32,000 nucleotides of DNA from Pyrodictium abyssi (GCF_036323395.1 NZ_AP028907.1:30001-62000); one strand, 5' to 3'; positions 1 to 9,458 are shown, numbered from the stretch's first letter. The notes: a model not told the origin generated them from the letters alone. Numbers and translations are program-made.

Positions 1-2
1 AC

Positions 3-149
3 GATTTAAAGAAGCTCCGGGGCTTCGAGGACACCTTTAGAATCCGCTTAGGCTGCGTAAGGGTCGTCTACAGCGTTGACTAGGCCTCGGGGACAATTAT
101 AGTGCACTTCATAGGCTCCAGGAGCAGAGCCTACAAGCACACGACATAG
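3..149 (+). pseudogene. RelE/ParE-like toxin C-terminal fragment with in-frame TAG, truncated at window edge
   Basis: Frame 3 reads DLKKLRGFEDTFRIRLGCVRVVYSVD*ASGTIIVHFIGSRSRAYKHTT*; matches the RelE pattern LKxLxG...RxRxGxxRVVYxVD...IxVxxIxxRxxxY. Confidence 0.6.
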
Positions 150-472
150 CACGCCGCCACCTATCGCCATGGGTCCTGGTGCATGTAGCGAACCCCCGGC
201 AATGCGTGTTCGCGGCATTACGGTAAGTGGTAATCAGTGTACACGGGGATACGCGGCTATATTGTTACCACTATTACAGCCTGAAGCATATTGTCATTGA
301 CGCTATAGTAGTCGTAGTCGTCGCCGCTGTTGCGGCAGCCATTCCGACCCGAGTTCAAATCCAACGCCGATTACTAGTATGTATCTAGTATCTACTCTAG
401 TTCCGCGTTTCCTCATAGCAGGCGAAAACAACCTTACCGTAGGACAGTAAAGAGTATTGAAAGAAGCGACAC

Positions 473-751
473 ATGGCTATTAAATTGTCTTGGCTTTATA
501 TTATTAGGGAAGTGGGGCAGGGACATGCCTTGGTGCGCCGCTGCGTCTGGCTTGACGGCTCGCTGCTGAAGGCGTGCCGGGTGCTAAGGGCCCGGCTCGG
601 GCCCCTAGGCTACCGCGCGATATGCCGTAGCGGCCTCCCCGACGGGGCTATAGACGCTATGGCTGCCAGGGCTGGCTGCGCTGTGGCGACCAGCGACGAG
701 CACATAGTGAGAGCAGTCATGGAGGCATGCTGGGCCAAGATACCACAGTAG
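473..751 (+). CDS. Small hypothetical protein; C-terminal half vaguely PIN-like (DGAIDAMAARAGCAVATSDEHIV)
   Basis: 92-aa ATG ORF, weak family resemblance only. Confidence 0.3.
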   Translation: MAIKLSWLYIIREVGQGHALVRRCVWLDGSLLKACRVLRARLGPLGYRAICRSGLPDGAIDAMAARAGCAVATSDEHIVRAVMEACWAKIPQ

Positions 752-928
752 TACGCCGAGAAGAAGAGCACCAGAGGCCTCGCCACACATATACTCAAGC
801 AGCCTCCACAAGCGCAGTACTGGGGCCGATGAGCCGGGGAGGGTCGTGCCGTAGCGTCCCGTGTACCGGGGTACTGGCTGGGAGGCTGTCCCCCTGGCCC
901 GCGGGAGTGTGGCGGCGAGGCCCCCGGG

Positions 929-1708
929 CTACAGTTCGTCGTCAAAATCGAAGTCTGGCGCCTCCCTGGCTACGCGCAGCGACGCCATATGTAGGGCTGC
1001 CTCGAGCCCCTTTAGCTCGGTGTAGGCCTCGCGCACTCTCCTGGGCTCTAGCCGGCCGGTGCCGGCCAGGTATAGGAGAGCGTCGTACACCAGCGGCCGT
1101 GCCGTGTAGGGCCCGGGCAGGGTCTCTAGGAGCGGGCTAAGGGCGCCCTCTAGCTCGCTAAACGCGTCTAGCACCTTGTCGAATGCCCTCTCGTCCCTCC
1201 TCTCCACCATCTCCTCCAGCGCCTCGGGGCTGCGGGGAACACTGCTGCTATCCACCCCGAACAGCTCTGCAAGCCTGTGGAAGCCTCGGAGGTTGGCCGC
1301 GTAGGTGACGTATACGCGCTCCGGGTCGAGCACGAAGAGGATCTCGGAGGCCTGGCCCACGCCGAGGCCGAGCTCCACGAGGGAGGCCAGCGCCTCAAAC
1401 ACGCCCAGGGAGCCAGCTATGTAGCTCCTTAGGGTGGCCTGGAGCCTCTCCAGAGCCTCCGCGCTGAGCCGGGCCCGGGGCCTCGCCCATAGAGCGTCTA
1501 GCGCGCGCTCCGCCACGGCCGAGGCTTCGCCGCCGCGTAGAGAGGCGAGCATCGACACGAGCTGCTTTAGGTACGCGTACTTGCACGCCGCCCCATCGCA
1601 GCTCAGGGAGCCCTTCATGTTTTCCGGGGCACCATCACGGTATAGGAAGCCCACGAGAGCCGAGAACACCTCGGCTAGCGCGGACCCCGGCACGGCGAGC
1701 CACCGCAC
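929..1708 (-). CDS. Hypothetical helical protein
   Basis: C-terminal part of the long ORF 929..2782, separate from the dehydrogenase which ends at 1753; TATATA at about 1733-1738 on the minus strand; start uncertain (GTG at 1708 or 1693). Confidence 0.6.
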   Translation of the reverse strand: MRWLAVPGSALAEVFSALVGFLYRDGAPENMKGSLSCDGAACKYAYLKQLVSMLASLRGGEASAVAERALDALWARPRARLSAEALERLQATLRSYIAGSLGVFEALASLVELGLGVGQASEILFVLDPERVYVTYAANLRGFHRLAELFGVDSSSVPRSPEALEEMVERRDERAFDKVLDAFSELEGALSPLLETLPGPYTARPLVYDALLYLAGTGRLEPRRVREAYTELKGLEAALHMASLRVAREAPDFDFDDEL

Positions 1709-1752
1709 AGGAGTAGCACACGGCACATACGCTATATAGACTGCCCCTGGGG

Positions 1753-2770
1753 CTAGGGCGGCTCGTAGCCCGTCTCGACAAGCACCTTGACGCTGCTGCG
1801 CTCCAGCGCCTTCTCGAAGGCCTCCCGCGCGTTCCTGAGCCCTCGCACCCGGTGTGTGACCACGGGCTCCACTATGCGCTCCCGGAGCAGCCGGAGCGCA
1901 TCCTCGAACTCGCGCCATGTGCCGCACCGGGTCCCGACTATGCGGATCTCCTCGACCACCGCCCTGGTCTGGGGCAGCCATGCGCCCCCGCCGTGGGTGG
2001 ACTTGACGTGCACCGTGGCCAGGGGCGCCGCCTCCACTGCCAGGCCTAGGCCCTCGCCGCTGCCAGTCGCCTCGAAGACGACCTCGTAGCCTAGGCCCCA
2101 CGGGGTCTCCTCGGCTACGGCCTCCTCTAGCTCGTCTACCCAGCGCACCCGCAGCCCAAGAGACTCGAGGATCCGGGCCTTGGGGCTGCCGCGGCGCGAA
2201 TACGGTGACGCGGAGCCGGTACACCTTCTCCATGACCTGGGCGGCTAGGAGCGTTAGGCTCCCAGAGCCCATCACGGCCGCCGGGGCTCCGGGCCGGGGC
2301 GGGTAGAGGGTGAACGCCCGGAGCACCGCAGCCAGGGGCTCAGCGAAGACCGCCCTCCAGGGCTCGAGCCCCTGGGCGTCGTGGAGCACGTGGACCGGAG
2401 CCACGAAGTACTCGGCCATGGCCCCGTCCACGTCTATGCCGAGCACCCGGCGCCCCGGGCAGTGCGTGTACATGCTCCGGCAGGGCTCCCTCCACAGCAG
2501 CCCCGGCTCCACCAGGTTGATCTCCGGCACCACGAGCCTCCCGACGAGGCGCTCGTGGCCCGGCGGCGCGGAGACAACCACGCCCACAGCCTCATGGCCA
2601 GGCGTCAACGGGACACGGCGCAGCCGGTAGCCCCCAGTGTACATCGCCTTGTCCGTGCCACAGACCTCCACCGCCACGGTGCGGACCAGAGCCCAGCTCG
2701 GAGGCGCCTCGGGGACCGGCACCCTCTCGACACGGAGGTCCCAGGGCCCGTAAAGCCGAGCAGCAAGCAT
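1753..2770 (-). pseudogene. Zinc-dependent alcohol/glucose dehydrogenase (MDR family), split by a frameshift at about 2189-2198
   Basis: N-term frame: MLAARLYGPWDLRVERVPVPEAP...VEVCGTDKAMYTGGY...PLTPGHEAVGVV; C-term frame: RRGSPKARILESLGLRVRWVDELEE...GYEVVFEATGSGEGL...GYEPP; the two frames join with a one-base correction. Confidence 0.85.
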
Positions 2771-2813
2771 AGATGCCAACACCAGAGCACCCCGAGCCGC
2801 AAGACCCGCCTCC

Positions 2814-3152
2814 TCAGCTCTCTTGAGCCAGGCCCAGCGGCAGCCACGGCGCCAGCACTACGGCCGACGAGAGCAGAGCCGCCGAGACAGCCGCGGCGTA
2901 GACCGTGTAGGCCGCTGGGCCGCCCCGCACCACGACAGCTAGGGCGAAGAGAACTAGAAGCGGGTAGGTGTACAGCGGTATCCCGCCCAGACAACGCCTC
3001 GTAGCGCCGTTGAGCACCCTCCTAGCGTCCTCCACCACGAGCATCTCCATGACCCCTAGGAGGAGCAGCGTGAGCCCCGCCAGCCTGCCCACAGCCACCA
3101 GCCCGCCGGCGCCCACCCGTAGCGCCTGCGTCAACAGAGCAGAGTAGACCAC
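2814..3152 (-). CDS. Small membrane protein
   Basis: 112-aa ORF with several hydrophobic segments (LAGLTLLLLGVMEMLVV, YPLLVLFALAVVV, AAAVSAALLSSAVVLAPWL). Confidence 0.5.
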   Translation of the reverse strand: MVYSALLTQALRVGAGGLVAVGRLAGLTLLLLGVMEMLVVEDARRVLNGATRRCLGGIPLYTYPLLVLFALAVVVRGGPAAYTVYAAAVSAALLSSAVVLAPWLPLGLAQES

Positions 3153-3682
3153 CCCCAGCAGCCCAGAGGAGCCGCCGACGCCAGCAGCCTGGGCCCGAGA
3201 CGAAGAACGTAGCAGCTAGGAGGATCCACGAAGGGCTTCGAGGGGTCGAGTAGCCCTCCCAGACGCAGCACAACCAAGCTCGCATCGAAAAGGGTCAACG
3301 TAGACAACACGACAAGCGGGTAGAGCCCGCCACCCGCACGAGAAGAGCCGTGAACGAACCCGGCCGCCCCTGCACGCGCCTAGGACGCACCAACCGCCAC
3401 CACTCCATAGAAGTGCTAGACCATATAGTGGGCCCGAAGTGTCCACCACAACAAAGCACGCAGACAAGCCACAGGCAGGCACTGCAGCAGAGAACCAAGC
3501 ACCCTCCCGTAACCCAGATTACACCAGCACCCGGCAACAGAGACAAACCCGGGGCACCACAGAGTCCCCACACGAAGCACCAAGAGGAGCCCCCGCAGGG
3601 AGGCTGCAGGCCACATGGCCCTCGCCGGGAGGCCCAAGCGGGGTAGATACGTATAGTACACGGGCTACGCCGCGCCATAGCC

Positions 3683-3817
3683 ATGGCCCTAGCAGTGCTC
3701 TTCACCTACAAAGCTCTGAAGGAAGCAGCCACAGACCCCATCTGGAGCCTCATATACATCCTCATAAGCCTAGAATACCTCACAGAAACACCAACACTCT
3801 CAACAAAGAAGCAATAA
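3683..3817 (+). CDS. 44-aa hydrophobic peptide, unannotated in the ORF track
   Basis: ATG..TAA: MALAVLFTYKALKEAATDPIWSLIYILISLEYLTETPTLSTKKQ. Confidence 0.4.
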   Translation: MALAVLFTYKALKEAATDPIWSLIYILISLEYLTETPTLSTKKQ

Positions 3818-3831
3818 ACAGGGAGACAACA

Positions 3832-4980
3832 CTACTCTATCAGCCGGAACTTCTTCAACGCCTCAGCAACGTCATGGGGCTGCGTATCCCACTCGTTACG
3901 CCACGGATCAAACATCTCAACCGGAGTAGGAACAGCCACAGACCCCAGCACAGTGTTCTCCGAGTACACCTTACCGCTACAGTACTCCTCGATAAACCCG
4001 GTCAACAACGGACGTATCTCATTATTCACAAGGAAAGTCGCTATAACACGCTCCTCCCCTATAAACAGCTGTGGCGCCGACAACGTGGAGGCAGCAAGCA
4101 CATACAGCTGCTCCGCGCAATCCCCGCCAGCCACAACCATCGATACACCCACATCACCACGACCACCGTTATGGAGCACAGCACCTAGCCAAGTACGGCC
4201 AATATATCCTTTTTCGCTCAAACGGTCATAGTGGCTCTTCATGTAGCGAAGCCTAAGAGCAGCATCCGGAGGCAACTTCCTAGTTATGTCCTCTACACGC
4301 GCTCTAGCTAGCAAATTAACGCTACGCAAGTCAATGTTTCTTAAGAGCGGATAGTATTCCACCATTGTAACCACTATGACGTCTACAAACCTCATACGAG
4401 AATTCAACGGGGTAAACCTAGCAACATTTTCAAATGTATCGGCATGCATACTATAGGTTTCCCGAATATCATCTAGGCTTCTAGCAATTCTCCCGACACA
4501 ATTATACACAGGAACAGCGTAACCTACGTCAACAAAAGATATTCTATCCCCTAGACTTTCCTTGAACCCGTCCACGAGTTCAGGAACAAACCTCTTAGGA
4601 ACCTTATATGTTAGCAGCATCTTGCCCCCGAAGAGCCTGGAAACAGACACCAGGTAGCGTACCAGAGGCAGTTCGAGCTGGAACCACGCGTTCATTGAGC
4701 GCTCCTGGCGTATAGCGTTGAACTTCCTTGCAAGCTCCTCAGCGCCATGCACCATTGCTATAACTGACTGTAGGCCTATAGCCCTGTGGTCCACGAGAGC
4801 CATCGTTGACCTGCGGTGTTTCTTTATGTTTTCTAGCTCTATTTTCCGTACACGGCGTATGATTGCGCGCAGGTGCTGGTCTGTTATGCCCATTCTGTCT
4901 GCCATCTCGACTGCGCTAACCCTGAAATCGTAGCACGATAGTAGTGCTGCCACTATGTCTAGGTCTTTGTGTATCTTCAA
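3832..4980 (-). CDS. HTH-containing conserved hypothetical / putative transcriptional regulator
   Basis: 382-aa ORF; N-terminal HTH-like segment LLSCYDFRVSAVEMADRMGITDQHLRAIIRRVRKIELENI; more AT-rich than its flanks. Confidence 0.65.
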   Translation of the reverse strand: MKIHKDLDIVAALLSCYDFRVSAVEMADRMGITDQHLRAIIRRVRKIELENIKKHRRSTMALVDHRAIGLQSVIAMVHGAEELARKFNAIRQERSMNAWFQLELPLVRYLVSVSRLFGGKMLLTYKVPKRFVPELVDGFKESLGDRISFVDVGYAVPVYNCVGRIARSLDDIRETYSMHADTFENVARFTPLNSRMRFVDVIVVTMVEYYPLLRNIDLRSVNLLARARVEDITRKLPPDAALRLRYMKSHYDRLSEKGYIGRTWLGAVLHNGGRGDVGVSMVVAGGDCAEQLYVLAASTLSAPQLFIGEERVIATFLVNNEIRPLLTGFIEEYCSGKVYSENTVLGSVAVPTPVEMFDPWRNEWDTQPHDVAEALKKFRLIE

Positions 4981-5144
4981 TTTTCCCGTCCTCGGGGTAT
5001 TACGCTCAACATGCGTGCAAGGTAAACCAGTCCTCTCTACCCACTCAGAGCCTGGACAGCCCGGGCAGAGGGGTGTGGAAAAGCCATGTACGAGCCCTAC
5101 GACGTTCCTGTCCCGGTACTCTAAGCTCTGGGCGCCCGGCCGGG

Positions 5145-5201
5145 CCCCTGGGGGAGGGAGGGTTCATCCCCCCGGCCGCTCGCCCTCCCTTCCCCTGGGG
5201 G
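5145..5201. repeat. Long GC-rich inverted repeat (hairpin)
   Basis: CCCCTGGGGGAGGGAGGG (5145-5162) opposite CCCTCCCTTCCCCTGGGGG (5183-5201), loop about 20 nt. Confidence 0.7.
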
Positions 5202-5343
5202 CCGCGTGGGCCCACGGGGTACGCGTCCACCCTTTTTCCTCCCGGTTCCTCCCGGGTGTTGTGCAGTGGGTGGTGGTTCCTCTTCTCGGCTACGCATCTA
5301 TGGCCGGGTTTTGGTTGTTCCGGGGCTCTGGGCTGTCTCCGTG

Positions 5344-5631
5344 TTACGCGCTGGCACGTACCAGCTTCTTCTCCAGTACGCGCCAGAGTATGCGTGCCTT
5401 GAGCTGTCCCATGAGTGTTTCTATTAGCGTGTACGCCTGCTGGGGGTCTTCGAGTAGTAGGCGGGTGAAGGGTTTGCCGTAGCGGTTCTGGGCGTGGTAG
5501 TTTAGTACTGTGGTTATCCCGGGGCCTATGCGCTGGACTATTTCCTCTACTATGGCCTCGTTTACTGGTGGTGGTGTGGGTAGTGTTACCGCAGCAATTA
5601 TGCCCACCCCGCGCCCCCGGGTGGGTAGCAT
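5344..5631 (-). CDS. Small conserved hypothetical protein
   Basis: 95 aa from internal ATG (MLPTRGRGVGIIAAV...KKLVRASA); TTATAAACC promoter-like element upstream on the minus strand at about 5691-5699. Confidence 0.5.
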   Translation of the reverse strand: MLPTRGRGVGIIAAVTLPTPPPVNEAIVEEIVQRIGPGITTVLNYHAQNRYGKPFTRLLLEDPQQAYTLIETLMGQLKARILWRVLEKKLVRASA

Positions 5632-5840
5632 AGGCGGGTAGTGTGGTTTAGTCTGAGGTGGCGTGGTTCTCCTGTGGGGAAGGCTCGCTGGGTTTATAAG
5701 CTGGTTTCGCGCGGCTATTTCGGGCATTATGCTCGTCTACGCTATTTATCCTACCGGCTCCCGTGCTGTCCTGTGGGGTGGTCTCATCCGGCTGGTTTTT
5801 GACCCCCTGGGCTGGGGCCGCGTGTCCTGGTGTCCACACG

Positions 5841-7682
5841 GTGGGTTCTACTCAGAAGTTGCCCGGCTGGAGCAAGAGGATACTCTGGGTCGACCTGTCG
5901 CGGGGCGTGTTCAGGGAGTGGCGCTACCCTGGCGAGATGGCGCTTATGTTCCTTGGGGGCCGCGGGTTCGCGGCCAAGATCCTCTGGGACTTCCTCGAGC
6001 CGGGGGTTGACCCCCTGGGGCCCCGTAACCTGTTCGTGGCGGCTGTGGGGCCTCTTACCGGGCTCCCTGGGCCGAATACGGGCAAGCTCGTTGTTGCGGC
6101 TAAGAGCCCGCTCACCGGGGGCTACGGCGACGGCAACATAGGCTCGTGGGCTGCGGTGCAGATGAGGGCTGCTGGCTGGGACGCGATAGTCCTGGAGGGC
6201 GCCTCGGAGAAGCCCGTGGTGCTCGTCGTGGAGGACGACCGTGCCTGGCTCGAGCCGGCGGAGGACCTCTGGGGGCTCGACGCGTTCCGGGCCTACGACA
6301 AGCTAGTGGAGCGGTATGGCCGCAGCGCGGGGATACTGCTGATAGGCCCTGCCGGCGAGAACATGGTGCGCTACGCCACCGTGGTCTCCATGAAGGGCCG
6401 CGCCGGCGGCAGGCCCGGCATGGGCGCGGTGCTTGGGAGCAAGCGCGTCAAGGCCATCGTGGTGCGTGGGACGAAGCGTCCGGAGCTGTTCGACCCCGAG
6501 GCGGTTATGCGGGCTGCGGTGGAGGCGATAAGGGAGGTCAAGGCTAGCCCTAGCTTCGGGTTCTGGATGCGCCAGGGCACAATGTTCACCGTGGAGTGGG
6601 CGCAGGAGGCTAGCGTGCTCCCCGCCTACAACTTCCGCGAGGGCGTGTTCGAGGGCTACGAGGGGCTCAGCGGCAGCTACATGGAGCGGATAGAGGTGGA
6701 CCTGCGTAGCTGCCCCCTCTGCGTGATACCCTGCGGCCACGTGATAGAGGACGTGGAGGGCCGCCGCGTCGAGCTAGACTACGAGAACGTAGCCATGCTC
6801 GGCAGCAACCTCGGCGTGTCGAGGCTGGAGGAGGCGGGGCTCTTGAACAGGCTAGCAGACCTCTACGGCCTGGACACTATCAGCCTCGGCGGCACCCTGG
6901 GATACGCCCTAGAGGCCGCTGAGAGGGGCAAGCTGGAGCTAGACGCGGGCTGGGGTGAGGCCCGGAAGATAGCAGGGCTCGTGGAGGATATCGCTCTACG
7001 CCGTGGCGTCGGGGACCTGCTGGCGGAGGGCAGCGCCAGGGTATCTAGAAAGTTGGGCGAGACCTGGTACGCTATGCACGTCAAGGGCCTCGAGGTGAGC
7101 GCCTACGACTGCCACGCAGCGCCCGGCATGGCGCTCGCCTTCGCCACGAGCCCCATAGGGGCGCACCACAAGGACGCGTGGATGATCGGCTGGGAGATAC
7201 AGCACGGCCGCACAGAGTACAGCCGCGAGAAGGTGCGGAAGCTCATATGGATGCAGAGGTTCCGCGGCGGCCTATTCGAGGCAGCCGTAGCCTGCCGCTT
7301 CCCAGTGGTCGAGACCGGCCTCGGCCTAGAGCACTACCTGCGCCTCCTCCAGGCGGCGACAGGGCAGAGCCTCAGCCTAGACGACATCTACACCATAGCG
7401 GACAGGATATACGCCCTCATACGGATGATATGGGTCCGGGAACACGGCGGCTGGAGCACGGACATGGACATGCCCCCAGAGCGCTGGTTCCGCGAACCCC
7501 TCACCAAGGGCCCACTAAAGGGCGCACGGCTAGACCCCGACCGGTTCCGGGACATGCTCCAGATGTACTACGAGGAGCGCGGCTGGGCCCCCAACGGAGT
7601 CCCACGCCCAGACACGCTACACAGGCTAGGCCTACACGACGCCGCCAACCTAGCAGAGAGACACATGACCACCGCGAGCTAG
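5841..7682 (+). CDS. Aldehyde:ferredoxin oxidoreductase family protein (tungsten enzyme)
   Basis: KRILWVDLSRG...FLGGRGFAAKIL...GNIGSWAAVQMRAAGWDAIVLEG...GRPGMGAVLGSKRVKAIVVRG...RSCPLCVIPCGH...ELDYENVAMLGSNLG; start GTG 5841 or TTG 5859. Confidence 0.9.
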   Translation: MGSTQKLPGWSKRILWVDLSRGVFREWRYPGEMALMFLGGRGFAAKILWDFLEPGVDPLGPRNLFVAAVGPLTGLPGPNTGKLVVAAKSPLTGGYGDGNIGSWAAVQMRAAGWDAIVLEGASEKPVVLVVEDDRAWLEPAEDLWGLDAFRAYDKLVERYGRSAGILLIGPAGENMVRYATVVSMKGRAGGRPGMGAVLGSKRVKAIVVRGTKRPELFDPEAVMRAAVEAIREVKASPSFGFWMRQGTMFTVEWAQEASVLPAYNFREGVFEGYEGLSGSYMERIEVDLRSCPLCVIPCGHVIEDVEGRRVELDYENVAMLGSNLGVSRLEEAGLLNRLADLYGLDTISLGGTLGYALEAAERGKLELDAGWGEARKIAGLVEDIALRRGVGDLLAEGSARVSRKLGETWYAMHVKGLEVSAYDCHAAPGMALAFATSPIGAHHKDAWMIGWEIQHGRTEYSREKVRKLIWMQRFRGGLFEAAVACRFPVVETGLGLEHYLRLLQAATGQSLSLDDIYTIADRIYALIRMIWVREHGGWSTDMDMPPERWFREPLTKGPLKGARLDPDRFRDMLQMYYEERGWAPNGVPRPDTLHRLGLHDAANLAERHMTTAS

Positions 7683-7761
7683 TATAAAACGCAAAAACCC
7701 TCCGCCTTCCGCTTTTATACCCAACGCTTCTCGGGAGACCAGAATCCCGCGTAACAAATTA

Positions 7762-7796
7762 CTTATACCACCCACACAGCACACTACACACGACCA
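7762..7796 (+). promoter_or_regulatory. Predicted promoter of cannula gene A (TTATACC box plus initiation-region motif ACACGACCA)
   Basis: TTATACC at about 7763; ACACGACCA 7788-7796 about 25 nt downstream; the same nonamer occurs near cannula gene B. Confidence 0.5.
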
Positions 7797-7825
7797 AAAC
7801 TCACATCTAGAAGGGTGTGTTGGCT

Positions 7826-8362
7826 ATGAGGCCTACGGCTCTGGCTCTGGCTGGCATCGTGGCCTCGGCTGCCGCCCTCGCCCTGCTAGCTGGCTTCGCC
7901 ACTACCCAGAGCCCGCTCAACAGCTTCTACGCCACCGGCACAGCAGAGGCAGTGCAAGAGCCAATAGATGTTGTGAGCCAGCTGAACACTAACATAGACC
8001 CTGCTGCTGGCGCACAGGGCAGCAAGGATATGGGCAGCATAAAGATATACAATAGGACTGACGTGAACGTAGTAAAGCTGAAGATAACCATAGCCAATGC
8101 TGCCCAGCTAAGGCCCTACTTCGACTACCTACAGCTAGTAATAAACAGCACAGCTAACAGCAACGTCCCAGAGATCAAAGCCGTGCTAAGCCTCAAGAAG
8201 CCCAGCGCAGTCATAATACTAGACAACGAGGACTTCGCTGGCAGCGACAGTGGTGGCGACTATGCACAGCTACAAGTCAAGGCCTACTACGAGGCCAGGG
8301 AGGGCATGCTATTCGACAGCCTACCAGTGATACTCAACTTCCAGGTACTAAGCGTCAGCTAA
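7826..8362 (+). CDS. Cannula subunit-like secreted protein (Pyrodictium CanA/B/C family), copy A
   Basis: 178 aa; MRPTALALAGIVASAAALALLAGFATTQSPLNSFYATG...EPIDV...AAGAQG...AYYEAREGMLFDSLPVILNFQVLSVS. Confidence 0.93.
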   Translation: MRPTALALAGIVASAAALALLAGFATTQSPLNSFYATGTAEAVQEPIDVVSQLNTNIDPAAGAQGSKDMGSIKIYNRTDVNVVKLKITIANAAQLRPYFDYLQLVINSTANSNVPEIKAVLSLKKPSAVIILDNEDFAGSDSGGDYAQLQVKAYYEAREGMLFDSLPVILNFQVLSVS

Positions 8363-8399
8363 AGCCTACAATACTCCAGATAAGCCTACGTCAAGTCCT

Positions 8400-8410
8400 C
8401 TTTTTACTTC
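8400..8410 (+). terminator. T-rich terminator-like element of cannula gene A
   Basis: CTTTTTACTTC, T-tract starts 39 nt after the stop; the same element follows gene B. Confidence 0.55.
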
Positions 8411-8549
8411 CTCCTTCTAGGTCTCTCATTCAACCTTTAGCGAATCATTGCATGGGTCCTTTTGCCCTACCTTCTAGTTGGTGTCGCATACAAACGGTAT
8501 AACGGTATACCTTGACTGCACTGTCTCTCAGGGCCCTGGTGCAGTGGGT

Positions 8550-9458
8550 ATGCCGAAAGAGCTGCCCAGGCTGCTGGAGGATGCTGTAGAGGTTCTCCGG
8601 AGGCATGGCCCGGTAGTCCGGCTGGGCGCTGGTAGTGTGCTTGTTGCCGGTGATACGCATGGCTATCCCGAGGTATCCCGTTGGGTGCTGGGGCTGGCTG
8701 ACGAGCTAGGTGTAGATGCTGTAGTGTTTCTCGGGGACTATGTTGACCGCGGCCCTCGTGGTGTTGAGAACCTGTCTCTGCTGGTTGAGAGGCTGCTGGA
8801 GGAGCCTGGCCGTGTTATGCTCCTCCGGGGCAACCATGAGTCGCCGTCGATGAACCTATACTACGGGTTCCGCGGCGAGTTCGCCGCAAAGGTTGGCCTC
8901 GAGCACCTCGACGTCCTCCATGGGTTCTACTCGTGTCTACCCTACGCGGCTCTGATGGGACGCGTGCTCCTCGTGCACGGGGGTGTACCGTGCCGCCTGT
9001 GCCGGGGCGGGCCCGAGGAGCCCCTGAGGCTGGGGGAGATCGAGGAGAGGCTTCGGGGGCTCTTCTGCCGCCGCTGGCTGCTCGAGTGGGGTGATTCCGT
9101 GGCTGTGCAGCTTCTCTGGAACGACCCGCGGGGGGAGCTTGACTGGTTTGCGCCTAGCCTGCGCGGCCCGGGCATCTACTACTATGGCCGCTTGGCGTGG
9201 AGGAGGTTTCTCGAAGCGAACGGGCTGGTGCTGCTCGTGAGGGCGCATGAGGCTGTTGACGCGCACCAGGTGTGGGCGAGCAGCGGGAGACCGGTTCATG
9301 GCCTCGAGCACGGCTATGCTGTTGGCATGGAGGAGCTAGGGGGCTCGGTGGTTACTGTGTTCTCTAGCCTCTACCACGGTGCTGGCGCCGGGGCGCTTCT
9401 CCTCAGGGAGGGGGAGGTGGTGTTCCTGCGCTATCCCGGCGGGGCGCAGGGGCTTTAG
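8550..9458 (+). CDS. PPP-family serine/threonine protein phosphatase
   Basis: GDTHG, GDYVDRGPRG, LLRGNHES, LVHGG and VRAHE motifs; start ATG 8550 preferred. Confidence 0.93.
   Translation: MPKELPRLLEDAVEVLRRHGPVVRLGAGSVLVAGDTHGYPEVSRWVLGLADELGVDAVVFLGDYVDRGPRGVENLSLLVERLLEEPGRVMLLRGNHESPSMNLYYGFRGEFAAKVGLEHLDVLHGFYSCLPYAALMGRVLLVHGGVPCRLCRGGPEEPLRLGEIEERLRGLFCRRWLLEWGDSVAVQLLWNDPRGELDWFAPSLRGPGIYYYGRLAWRRFLEANGLVLLVRAHEAVDAHQVWASSGRPVHGLEHGYAVGMEELGGSVVTVFSSLYHGAGAGALLLREGEVVFLRYPGGAQGL

Noticed and set aside
340-380. GAGTTCAAATCC resembling a tRNA T-loop
   Set aside because: Flanking bases do not form a 5-bp T stem on either strand and no acceptor or anticodon arm is visible.
727-1140. Plus-strand ORF of 137 aa (and similar ORFs at 610-945, 1434-1739, 2381-3004)
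   Set aside because: Low-complexity Arg/Ala/Pro-rich translations antisense to better supported genes, typical of high-GC shadow ORFs.
929-2782. A single 617-aa protein fusing a dehydrogenase to a helical domain
   Set aside because: Residues after YRLRVTVFA are nonsense-like while the real dehydrogenase C-term continues in another frame to 1753; the fusion is an artefact of the frameshift.
3439-4188. 249-aa plus-strand ORF
   Set aside because: Low-complexity translation mostly antisense to the conserved 382-aa gene and the intergenic region.
5150-5180. GGGTTCATCCC resembling a tRNA T-arm
   Set aside because: Lacks the invariant TTCRA pattern and no cloverleaf could be built; better explained by the long inverted repeat.
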